Assembly (NCBI GenBank): GCA_043228905.1 | Contig: JBHGNT010000021.1 | Location: forward strand, 1,302,001 to 1,366,000 | Length of the DNA stretch: 64,000 nt | From: Azolla caroliniana | Taxonomy: Eukaryota; Plantae; Polypodiophyta | Reading direction: 5' to 3' | Shown: positions 24,401 to 35,701 of the stretch, one piece after another | Position numbering within the stretch: the stretch's first letter is position 1 | Layout of the letters: every line of letters starts with the position of its first letter | Notes under the pieces: model-generated | Databases searched by the model: none | Told to the model about the DNA's origin: nothing | What the model saw: the letters and a program-made list of their open reading frames with translations, nothing else | Made by a program: the position numbers and the translations under genes

Positions 24401-25849
24401 TTCGCAAAGAAGGTCCTCATAAGGAAACTCATTTTCTATAAAACAATATGAATATTAGAACGTCTCCCGTAAAGAACTTGATTGTAGGTAAGAAAATAGT
24501 AATACCGTATGGAAAAACCTAATTTATTCCCACATAACGCCGATGTTGCTACATTTGAGTTATGCAAAGTTTATGGCACCTAAAAGTCAATTTGAATTGA
24601 TGTTGTTATAAGTAGCCTTCAAGTGAACAATTTGGTTTATGAAAAAAAAAATGGGGATATGAAATATGTAAATAGGTCAAAAGTTTTTTTGGGGGAATGA
24701 AATAGAAATAGTGGTCCATGTGGTTCCTTTTGGTGTATGTATAGGGGCTAAATCAACTAATTGTTCTTTAAAGTAGGGTTGATGAATTTGGTCCTGAAAT
24801 ATTTATATATGTATATATATATATGTATATATATTTAAGACTGTGGTTACCCTTGTTTTTAAGTTACTATAAATAATGGAAGAATAGGTGGCATCATTAG
24901 TACCACCTTGTATGGAGATAGTATCCCTCCTATAGTTTTATAGAAGTATCACCTTATGCCCTTGGTCAAAAAGTAGGGTGTACACGTAACACTGTGCTTA
25001 TAAGATTCACACGTAAATATCTTTTGAAAAAACATTCCTTTGACAATCATTGATTGTTAAGAAAGATGTAGTTGGAGAGCTTGTATTATCGCAGGCTAAT
25101 TAATTTAGGATTAATTAATATGGCCAACTTATAATATTATATCGTTAATAGAATATCTAATTAACATAATGATTAGTGATGCAAAAATAAGAAAGTAGAA
25201 CAATTAATGTTGTGATTAGTATTGATATAATTAATTGTGATGATATTATTAAATAGCACTAATTGCAACGATAAATAGAATTGTGATTAGTTTATCCTTC
25301 TTAATGAAGGATTGATTCTATGGAAAGCATTTTAAGCATTAGGAGCATATCAAACTTTTTGAACAGGGGCATAAGATGATGATATTTCTTAACAAATACA
25401 AAAGGGTGATAATGTATAAATTGTAGCCACTTCGATTTCTAATTGACAATATCCTTGACATAAGAAACCATAAAGTTTCCATAAAAAAACATTTGATTCA
25501 TTATTCAAAGAATCTTGGGTCATTAGTGAGATCAAATGACATAAGCATAATAGTGCAAAACATAAATGCTTGCTCTTTATGTTAATGAAGTCGTTGGCGT
25601 GTGGTTATAAAAAACTCATTCGCGTTGCCTTTGTTAAGCATGGTTGGACAAACACCCTCCAATGCGAAACACGTGGGTGAGACATGAAGGGACACAAAAA
25701 GCCCTATTAACCTTCGAGAACAAAAGACACACATTAATGAGCTAAAATAAAATATAAGCAAGAACCTTTTTTTAAATGAAGTATAAAAAATAAGATAATG
25801 ACTGCTAGCATATTAGTAGCATATTCTTCGTTTTCTACAACCTTCCAAC

Positions 25850-26731
25850 CGAGGCAGGAACATCTATGGTTTGGATGCTTCACAAAGGATACATTGATTG
25901 TTGTTAAGGGTGTTTCACCTAACGAGCACATTTCTTATTTTGAGGTCCTAGACAACAATAGATTGCAATCTTATACCTTTGATTGCAGTTATCTACAAGA
26001 CTTGCGATGTGCACCGGTCAGAGTGGTTGCTAAAACTGGAAAGAAATGGATGCTTGATCCTTATCCTTCAATTGCTCATATGTGTGATATATTGTGGTTA
26101 TATGCAAAAGACCTTGTTGCAAGATTAACATGGGATCCGGGGGGTTGGCTTTGGTCACACTCCTTGGGGGAAAAGATCGCAAAGGTTCCCTTCTTTCGAT
26201 ACTCAGTAAAACTTGGAAGATCATACTACTCTCTCAGAATGTAACGATACCAGCAACTCAGAAACATTGGACCAACTGGGGTGTCTGAACTTGGCATTTG
26301 AGAACCTATTGGGGAGATGGATCTGGTCATTTACGGGGCCAACTAAATTTATTCTCTTTTGATGGTTATTATTGCATATGACACTACCAATCTGTCATTC
26401 ATTGAAAGGGAATATAGCACCCAAATTGCAACAATGTGGATTTTGCCATGAGGCCCAGGAGACTACCAAGCATGTCCTATGGTCTTGTCCCTTCGCTCAA
26501 CAAGTATGGAATAACGTCATGTCTTTATTCCTAACAATCAATGTCGGTTGCCCATTCTCATGGGGATCAGTGATGTGGGGAGTGTTACATTCCAGCTTGA
26601 TGTTGTATGAGGCAAATGATGATCACGAGACAATGACAATACATAATAGAATATTGATATTAGTGAGTCCCCTTTCAGCAACCTTGAAAGCAGGTGCAAT
26701 TTTGTCCAAATTTGTAAAACAGTGACCACAG
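25850..26731 (+). mobile_element. 5'-truncated L1-like LINE remnant, left part (interrupted by gypsy)
   Basis: Degenerate ORF2 3' region: WDPGGWLW, PFFRYSVKLGR, and zf-RVT CGFCHEAQETTKHVLWSCPFAQQVW. Confidence 0.8.
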
Positions 26732-27142
26732 TGTCATGAACAGTACTGAGACAGAGAAGGAATTAGTACTAAACGAAGGATTAGTACTATGAGAGGTGTG
26801 GAACTTCTTCGAGAGAAGGAAAAAGTGAGCGAGACAGAGAGAGAGAGAGAGTGATGATAAGAAAGGTATGTATTATATGAAGAGAATATACAATGGTGGC
26901 TAAAAGGCTTAAGACTGGCATTGAACCAATTTGGTTCAACATAATGCCTAGTGCCCTCTTTTATAGTGTTTTCAGGAGTAATCCTGAAGCTTCTAGAATG
27001 TTCCAGAGAAATCTGGAATATACACTAATTTCCTATAATAAAATGTAAATGAAAATAATATCCTACTTATTACAATAGATGATCTAATGGTCAAGAGCTC
27101 GACCCATATAACCTAAGGTCATGGGTTCGAGTCTTGCCATAT

Positions 27143-30100
27143 CATGACACTATCCCCCCTTTAAAACGACGAGTGTCACGAGTCGTCTTGGATTGAGGAC
27201 TTGGTTTGTGTGGATATTGACGATGGAAGTCTTCAAGAAGAGCACGAGCATTGGTCACATTCTCGATCGGTTCCCAAGTACGTTCGCTGGGGCTATAGCC
27301 TAGCCAATCGACTAGATAGTAGAGCTTGTTGCGAACAATCTTGGAATCAAGGATGGCGTCAACCTCGTACTTCGGCCCATCTTCAAGCTCGATCGGGGGT
27401 GGAGGTTGGATAAGACGTCATGGGATGGTGCTCTCGTGGTAGGGTTTGAGGAGAGAACTATGAAACACCGGATGTATCCGAAGTTGAGGAGGTAGATCGA
27501 GACGAAAAGCGACATCATTAATCTGTCCAATAATACGGAAAGGACCTAATCGCCGATAATCTAACTTCTCACATGGACGAGCAGTCTTGATGTGTCATTG
27601 TAGCAACCACACTCGATCTCCAATATTAAAACTGGATGGAAGTCGATGACGATCCGCATAGACCTTGTGTGTTTGTTGAGTTTGCTGGAGATGAGTAGAT
27701 AAATCTGCTTGTATCTTGCGTAACCGCTCCAAACGATCCTCCGCGCACGGATTTGTGGACACTTATGGGGTTTCAAGTACACACCACCGGGGGTGACATC
27801 CCGTATAAGCATAAAATGGCGTAACTTTAGTCGATGCGTGGATAGAGTTATTATAGGCAAATTCGGCGAAGTGGAGAATATCTGCCCAGTTATCCTGATG
27901 ATAGCTGAGAAAGCACCGCAGGTACTGCTCCAACGTTTGATTTGTTCGTTCGGCTTGGCCATCGGTTTGTGGGTGGTAGCCGGAGGAGAGGTTACAAGTG
28001 ACCTTGAGCATTTTAAAAAGGTGCTTCCAGAATTTTGACACGAACTGGGGTCCACGGTCGCTGACGATACTATCAGGAAGTCCATGATACCGACATACTT
28101 CACGCATGACAATTTCGGCGGTGTCTTCACTAGAGATTTCCTTAGTACATGGCAAAAAATGAGCCATCTTCATATATCGATCTACCACTGTTAGAATCGC
28201 ATTGAACCCTTCAGAGACTGGAAGATCTGTGATGAAGTCTAGAGCAATGGATTGCCACGGCTTGCTTGGAATTGGTAATGGTTCTAATAAACCATATGGA
28301 TGATGCCTTGGCATTTTCGCTCTGCAGCATGTGTCACAAGTCCGAACAAAATCTTCGACAAATTGTCGCATACAGGGCCACCAGAATGATCGTTGTACTA
28401 AATCTAATGTTTTAGTACTACTAAAATGCCCAGCTGTATATGTGGCATGACAGTTTTGTACTACTTGAAGGCGGGAAGAACCATTAGGAACATACAAAAG
28501 TTCTTTAAAGAAGAGTAATCCATCATGGTATTTGAATTGCCGATAGTCTGTACCTGGTGGTTGTGATTGTGAACACGACGCTCGAGAGGGATCAATTTGT
28601 GCTAGTATAGCTTGGGCGAAAGCATCTGTCTTCAGGTTCGCACGTATGATATCGATAACGTGGGAATCCATGGGCATGCCAAAGACCTGTGTTGCTTGCA
28701 GTCGTGCCAGTCCCAAGATTACTTGCTTTTGGTTATCAAAAGCTGGCTCGCTGGGACACGGTGCTAGGTACGAACGCCGTGATAATGCATCTGCTTTCCC
28801 TTGATGTTTCCTAGGTCGATATGTAATCTTGAAGTCGAAATGCGTGAGAAAATGGGCCCACCGAGCTTGATGTTGATTTAACACACGAGCGTCTTGAAAA
28901 TAGGCGAGGTTTTTGTGGTCACTGAATACTGTGACTTGATGAGAAGATCCCTCTAGAAAATGCCTCCATTGCATAAAAGAGTCCACTATAGCCAATAGCT
29001 CTTTATCATGAATTTCGTAGTTGATTTCGGCGGCATCAAACTTGCGTGAGTGAAAAGCCACAGGATGTAGCTTTTCATCATTACCTCGTTGTGATAGAAT
29101 GCTTCCCAATGCAAAATCCGATGCGTCCGCTTCGATGATGAATGGTTTTTCTGGATCAAAGTGAGCTAGAATCGGAGCCGATGTAAATGCCTGTTTAAGA
29201 TTCTCAAAAGCCATGTCTGCTTCTTCAGACCAGACGAACGATTGTCCCTTCCTAGTAAGTTGTGTAAGAGGCAAAACGAGCTTTGAGTAATCCTTTATAA
29301 ACTTCCGGTAAAAATTGGCAAAGCCTAGAAAGCATTGCACATCCCGCACCGAACGCGGAGTCTGCCATTCTACCACCGTTTTGACCTTAGCTGGGTCCAT
29401 GGAGATGCCTTCTGAGGAAATGACATAGCCGAGAAATTCCACCTGGTTGCACCCGAAACTACATTTTTCCAGCTTTGCATAGAGACCATGTTCTCGAAGT
29501 CGTTTTAGTACTAACAGTACATGAGAATCATGCTCTTCTTGGGTGTTTGAGTAAACCAGTAGATCATCCAAATAGATGATTAGACACACATCCAAGAGAT
29601 CTCGGAAAATATCATTTGCCATGTGTTGGAAGATTGTTGGCGCATTAGTGAGGCCGAACGACATGACCGTATACTCGAAGTGCCCATATCTGGTGCGGAA
29701 CGCGGTCTTCCATTCATCTCCTGGTCGGATCCGTACGAGGTTATAGGCTCCCCGTAAGTCGATCTTCGTGAAGAACTTGGCACCATTGATCCGTTCTAAA
29801 AGACTTGAGATAATGGGGAGTGCATACCTATTTCGGATTGTAACCTTATTCAAGCCACGGTAATCTACAACGAGCCGAAGTGAGCCATCCTTTTTCTTGA
29901 CGAAGAAAATGGGTGCGCCGGCTGGAGATTTCGAATGTCGTATGAAACCATTCTCCAAATTCTCCTCTATATAGGCTCGAAGGACTTCCAGTTCAGTTGG
30001 TGACAAATTGTAGATCGGTCCCCAAGGTGACTCTTTCCCCGGTTGTAAATCGATGGGGCAATCATATGGTCGATGGTGAGGAAGCGTACTGGCTTGTACT

Positions 30101-30738
30101 TTATCAAACACATCGGCATACTGATGATACTTCTCTGGAAGTTGAACGGTGGAATCCTCTTTAGTGGTGCTGGAGGGGTTTACTGATATTGCGAAGAGGA
30201 ACATTTCTTCCTTGCATCCTTCCTCACGCAACTGATGTAGTGAAATCGTTGCAATCTCATGAGTAGACCCTCGAGCTTTTCGATGCCGGATTTCTCTTGT
30301 CCGCCAATCTATGTCTGGGTTATGTAATTTGAACCATGGTAATCCTAAGACAATGGGGTGTTCTGGGATGCTAATTATATTAAATGATATGACACATGCT
30401 AGATTATCTAGGACAACATTAACGGGCTCTGACTCTTCTATGATATTTCCTGAGGCAATGGGACGACCATTGATGACTACTACAAGGGCAGGACACGGAA
30501 GTTTTCTGAGAGATATCTGATGAGCTTGGGCAAATTTCCTATCCATGAAGCAAGAATTAGCTCCGGAATCTAGAAGTGCTAAGACATGTACTGGAGGAGT
30601 ACTTTTAGTACTAACTGTTACTTGGGCTACGAACACATTGTTAACTTGCTTAGAGGGAATGGAACCACTAATGGGCTCCACAGATCTAGGGCTGTCCAAC
30701 CAAACGGCTCCTATTTTGGCTGGACTTAGTCGTTTAAC
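27143..30738 (-). pseudogene. Gypsy pol (PR, RT, RNase H, integrase, chromodomain)
   Basis: 978-aa ORF 27763-30699 with LLDSGA, LVVDYRGLN, YLDDLL, ADASDFALG, EIHDKELLAI and GYHPQTDGQAER. After premature stops the frame continues through GPF to the chromodomain YEVDAILDSK..KLYYLVDWLGYSPSERTWEP (~27215-27375) and ends inside the LTR. Confidence 0.94.
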
Positions 30739-31868
30739 TCTTCTTCTAACTGACTAAGGACATCAAATTTGTTCGCTAGATTTGGGCTATTAGTACTATT
30801 AGGACTATCAGATATCCCTACTGAAATAGACTCGGGTTTAGTACAATTAGAACTAGCAACTATTTGGTTTACCTGCCTTCTTGGCCTATGGGGACAGTTT
30901 ACCACGATATGCCCTGGTCCACCGCAATAAAGACATAGTCAGTTTGCTCGGCGTCGTTGCTTTTCTTCTTTCAATAACGGTCCACGACGACGTGTGGTGT
31001 CAATTTCCATCAGAGTTGGAGTACTTGTTGGAGGCGCATTATATGACTCCCTCGGAAAAGGTTTCGCTACCATTGAGGCATAGGTAGGCTCTGATCTTGC
31101 CCTCAGAATTTGGATTTGTCGTTCCGAACATCGTTCGAAGAGGCGGTTGTCGCATCTCACGACGCGACTAATTGCTTCTGTTAATGACTTTGGCTCTTCG
31201 GGGAAGGTCAAGAGTAAATCCTTGACATCATTGCGTAAGCCATAACGGAATTGCTCCATCAATGCGTGATCATCCCAAGGGATATCGGCAGCGAGTAGGC
31301 GGAAATCTGCAGCATATGCGGAAGCTGGACGATCACCTTGGCGTAATCGCCAGATTTTGTTGATTGCAGTCCTTATGCTGTCAGTATCTCCAAAACAGGC
31401 CTTAAACTCACTTATAAATTCTTCAAAACTATTTAATAATAGAGAATCCTTTTCCAACAATGGAGCAAACCATGCTAACGCTGAGCCACTAAGGAGAGTG
31501 CCTACTAGTCCCACTCATGATGCATCGGTGGGATATCGAGAAGGATGCATTTGTATCACTAAACGTACCTGATTCAAAAACCCTCTAAACTGTGATCGGG
31601 TCCCATCAAATTTTGCAGGAAGACCGATATTGGGTTCTTTGTGAATCCCTTGAGTGCTTGATCCTTGTTGTTGTAATGATATGATAGTCGCTTCGAGTTG
31701 TTGTACACATAGTGTCAGCTCCCCGTGTTGTTGTTGTTTTTCCAGCGCTATTTGTTGAAGATCCCCCAACAAGCGATGATTTTCTTGTTCTAGTGCTACA
31801 AATTTCTCTTTTAAGCATTGGAGCTCCGAGAAAATAGATTGGTATTCCTGAGCACTAACAATTTCCAT
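30726..31868 (-). pseudogene. Gypsy gag (subfamily B copy)
   Basis: ATG at 31868 (MEIVSAQEYQ). Motifs PAKFDGTR, LRQGDR and zinc knuckle CLYCGGPGHIVVNC. Two in-frame TGA codons (31515, 30939) are probable CGA>TGA changes; the A copy has CGA at the first site. Natural TAA at 30726-30728. Confidence 0.9.
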
Positions 31869-32395
31869 TTTACTAGGGAGGATAAGAGGATTAATAAGAA
31901 GATAAAAGGAAAAGGAGGAAAGGAAGAGGAGGAAAGGAAGATCGACCAAAATCGGTTCAAACTATCAGGAATAGTACTAAGACAGAGAAGGAATTAGTAC
32001 TAAAAGAAGTATTAGTACTAAGAGAGGTGAAGAACTCTCGAGAGAAGGAAAGAGTGAGTGAGAGGGAGGGAGAGAGAGATTGAGAGAGAGAGAGAGAGAT
32101 GATAAGAAAAGATATATATTATGTGAAGAGAATGTACAGTAGTAGCTAGGAGGCTTAAGACTGGCGTTGAACCGATTTGGTTCGAAATAATGCCTCGTGC
32201 CTCCTTTTATAGTGTTCTAAGGAATACTCCTGAAGTTTCTAGAATGTTCCAGAGAAATCTGGAATATACATCAATTTTCTATAATAAAACATAAATGAAA
32301 ATAATATTCTATGTATTACAATGTATGGTCTAATGGTCAAGAGCTCGACCCATGTAGCATAAGGTCATGGGTTCGAGTCTTGCCATATCATGACA

Positions 32396-33129
32396 GGCGG
32401 TTGTTACATCTCACTGCGCGACTGATTGCTTCTGTTAAGGACTTTTGGCTCTTCGGGGAAGGTCAATAGTAAATCCTTGACGTCGTTGCGTAAACCATAA
32501 CGGAATTGCTCCATCAACCCTTGATCATCCCAAGGGATATCGGCAGCGAGTAGGCGAAAATCTGCAGCGTATGCGGAGGTTGGACGGTCACCTTGGCGTA
32601 ATCGCCGGATTTTGTTGATTGTGGTCCTGATGTTGTCAGTATCTCCGAAACATGCTTTAAACTCACCTAGAAACTCTTCAAAATTGTTGGGTAACGGAGA
32701 TTCCTTTTCTAATAGTGGAGCGAACCATGACAACGTTGAGCCACTTAACAAAGTGCCTACTAAACCCACTCGTGATGCATCGGTGGGATATCAGGAAGGA
32801 TGCATTTGAATAACTAATCATACCTGGTTAAGGAACCCTCTAAACTGCGATCGCGTTCCATCGAACTTCGTGGGAAGGCCAATCTTGGGTTCTTTATGAA
32901 TCCCTTGTGTTCCGGGCCCTTGTTGTTGCATCGCTACGATGGTTGCTTCGAGTTATTGCACGTGTAACGCAAGTTCCCCATGTTGTTGCGTTTGCTGCTT
33001 TTCTAAGGAGATTTGCTGAAGATCCCCCAGCAACCGTTGGTTTTCTTGTTCCAAAGCATGGAACTTCTCCTTCAAGCATTGAAATTCCGAGAAAACAAAT
33101 TGATATTCTTCAGCGCTAACAGTGGCCAT
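32396..33129 (-). pseudogene. Truncated gypsy gag (subfamily A copy), cut by the B-type LTR
   Basis: ATG at 33129 (MATVSAEEYQ). Colinear paralogue of 31142-31868 that ends abruptly at the B-LTR terminus (32395/32396). Confidence 0.9.
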
Positions 33130-33482
33130 GGGATGAAAGAAAAGAGGAATAAAAGATTAGTAGGAAATGAGAGAGACAGAAGGTAGGGGAAATTGGTTCA
33201 AACTGTCATGAACAGTACTGAGACAGAGAAAGAATTAGTACTAAACGAAGGATTAGTACTATGAGAGGTGTGGAACTTCTTCGAGTGAGAAGGAAGAAGT
33301 GAGCGAGATAGAGAGAAAGAGAGAGATTGAGAGAGAGAGTGTGTGTGTGTGATGATAAGAAAGATATGTATTATATGAAGAGAATATACAATGGTGGCTA
33401 AAAAGCTTAAGACTGGCGTTGAACCAATTTGGTTCAACATAATGCCTAGTGCCCTCTTTTATAGTGTTTTCAGTAGTAATCC

Positions 33483-33502
33483 TGAAGCTTCTAGAATGTT
33501 CC
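33483..33502. promoter_or_regulatory. Heat-shock element in gypsy LTR (also 26985-27004 and 32231-32250)
   Basis: tGAAgcTTCtaGAAtgTTCc: four perfect alternating nGAAn units about 20 bp upstream of the minus-strand TATAAAA. Confidence 0.75.
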
Positions 33503-33647
33503 AGAGAAATCTGGAATATACACTAATTTCCTATAATAAAATGTAAATGAAAATAATATCCTATGTATTACAATAGATGATCTAATGGTCAAGAGCTCGA
33601 CCCATATAACCTAAGGTCATGGGTTCGAGTCTTGCCATATCATGACA

Positions 33648-34123
33648 CTCAGTAACGTTATGAGAATTATGGAAATGTTGATGTAACCGACTTTACGATG
33701 CGGGAAACATTCATCTCTCAGATGTGTTGCTTGAGATATGGGAGAACTTGCTGGCAATTGTCCATGGCCAGTATGATAATATGCATGGTTTCCCCAAACA
33801 CTATGAACAAGAGAAGGAAAAAGCTTCTTCACTTATGGAAAAAGTTGCCCCTGTTTACAATGTCAACTCAAGGGCTTCAATGGCACTATCGACTTCCATT
33901 GAATCTTTCTTGAATATCAACAATTTTCAACACCTTCTACAAAGTTCGATATTTGGTCCTAGGTTATTTTACACCATTGTATATAAAAAGTTGTAACCTC
34001 CTGGGTAGCTAGGTTCAAGTTGTAACCGTCAAGCGTTGTTTTCTTAATATTGTTAGGATTTACCTCTTTCCCAACAAATACTATTGAAGAAAATCTTTAA
34101 TAAAAAAGAAAAGAAAAAAAAGA
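33648..34123 (+). mobile_element. L1-like LINE remnant, right part with A-rich tail
   Basis: Resumes after the gypsy TSD as SVTL*ELWKC*CNRLY, comparable to ITLWILWKERCRRVF in the LINE at 37.6 kb. A-rich tail at 34100-34123. Confidence 0.7.
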
Positions 34124-34959
34124 AGTATACAAAATGAATATTTATGCTTTTTTACTTCCCCTTCTCAATTCTTTCTTTTAGCTAACTTGAGCTCTCACTT
34201 TCTCTTCTCTTGAGCCCTAAACCTAATACAATTGTGTAAGTAGTTGGTGATTGAGGAATGAAGCATATAAATTTGTTGGCGACATTATCTTTGTGATTTT
34301 TTTGCATTTTGCTTTCTTATATTTCTTTTCGGTAAGTGATTAAATGCATTGACTAGCCATTGAGCATGTGTTAATAACTTAACTTCTTTGTGTATGATTA
34401 AGTTTATGTGAGATCAAGAGAGATTTTCATTAGTGAGAGAACACCTAGATAGTGTCGACATGCTTATCCATGATAAACACCCAGTAGCGCTTGCTTTGCC
34501 AACAATAGGATGCATGCATGCCAACAATCTAACGTAAGGAAAATCAATCATTATTGAGTTAAACTCATGATCTCCTTGTATAGGGCGTGATTGGTATAAT
34601 ATAATGTAAATGAGCACAATTAGATGGAGATCATTTGCAAGTGTCTGAAAAGTATATGACATATGAACGGGCCCATATATAGTATATAATCCTTCGGACA
34701 TTGTCCTCATGCCCCTTTAAAACGCATAATCCTTCCCCTGCACACTTGTGCATTGTACTCACTTACAAAACCCTATACAATAACATCATGAACCATGAGT
34801 TATCCTTAAACTAAAGTAATATCCCTATCATAAGGAGTGCTAAAAAATGATTATTGTGATTTAAGCTATCTCAATTGTCAAGACTCAGAAACATATAGAT
34901 TGTATTATCATCCTTGGGGGTCAAATATGACTACAAAAGTAAAAGTGAAACATTTTTCA

Positions 34960-35510
34960 TGTTTATATGTGGAATCATAGAATGAACCATACGTATCATA
35001 CGTGCAATCGTGTGCGCGAATGATTCAATCATACGTGTATGGTAAATCATCCCAAGTTGGATTGGATTGATGCGTTTGATTGGATTGAATATGGCCTATA
35101 TTATATATTGATTCACTCTCAATCCCAACAAGTGGACTATCATTATAAACTATCATCAAAGATTCAAAAACTCATAAAGCTTATATTCGAGAATACAAAG
35201 AAAATATGACAGTAACAAAAAATTCTACTAGTTCAATTGACGTAGTAATTTGTTTGAGGACTCTCACTAGAATGTGCCTCATTACTACCAACAACATAAC
35301 TGTCTTCAATGTCCTCATCTTGCATACTATTGAGGATATCATTTGAATTTTCAGTATGTAAAATTTCTCGCTCTTTTTGCAAGTTCAATAACCTTTCAAC
35401 ATCTTCCTCTTTATCAACCATTTCCATTGTAATTTCCAATGGGGTGTAACCTCTTTCTTTGATGCTCTTGAGAAGCCGTAAATTAGTGTGCAAGTATGTA
35501 TAGATCACAT
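34960..35510 (-). mobile_element. hAT DNA transposon 3' remnant
   Basis: Peptide YLHTNLRLL resembles the end of the hAT dimerisation domain, followed by an acidic tail. CATACGT-type subterminal repeats at ~34988-35040. Confidence 0.55.
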
Positions 35511-35654
35511 GTGTCTGTCGCCATGATGATGATGATGATGATTAATCAAGCATCTTTCTCGTTCTTTTGATTATCTGATTAATCAAAATCCCAAGTGAAC
35601 AAAAAAGAGACAAAACACAAAAAAGGTGTTTCTTTTCTCCCCTCTGCAGGAATG

Positions 35655-35657
<3 letters not shown>

Positions 35658-35698
<41 letters not shown>
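35658..35698. repeat. (CT)n microsatellite
   Basis: About 20 CT units. Confidence 0.95.

Positions 35699-35701
<3 letters not shown>

Larger units (their letters stand above)
26732..33647 (-). mobile_element. Ty3/gypsy chromovirus (Tf1/sushi-type, Tcn1-like), chimeric with three LTRs
   Basis: LTRs at 26732-27149 (type A, 3'), 31963-32395 (type B) and 33204-33647 (type A, 5'). TSD CACAG/CTCAG. PPT AAAGGGGGGATAG at 27150-27162. Order PR-RT-RH-IN-chromodomain. Confidence 0.96.

Noticed and set aside
23400-24450. Possible LRR or other gene pseudogene with a ~133-bp imperfect duplication
   Set aside because: No convincing motif could be read in any frame.
27073-27145. Functional tRNA gene in the gypsy LTR
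   Set aside because: Acceptor, anticodon and T stems do not pair properly. Only the promoter boxes and their spacing are tRNA-like.
30939-31517. Programmed stop-codon readthrough in gypsy gag
   Set aside because: The paralogous A copy has CGA at the first site, so these TGA codons are best explained as CpG deamination.
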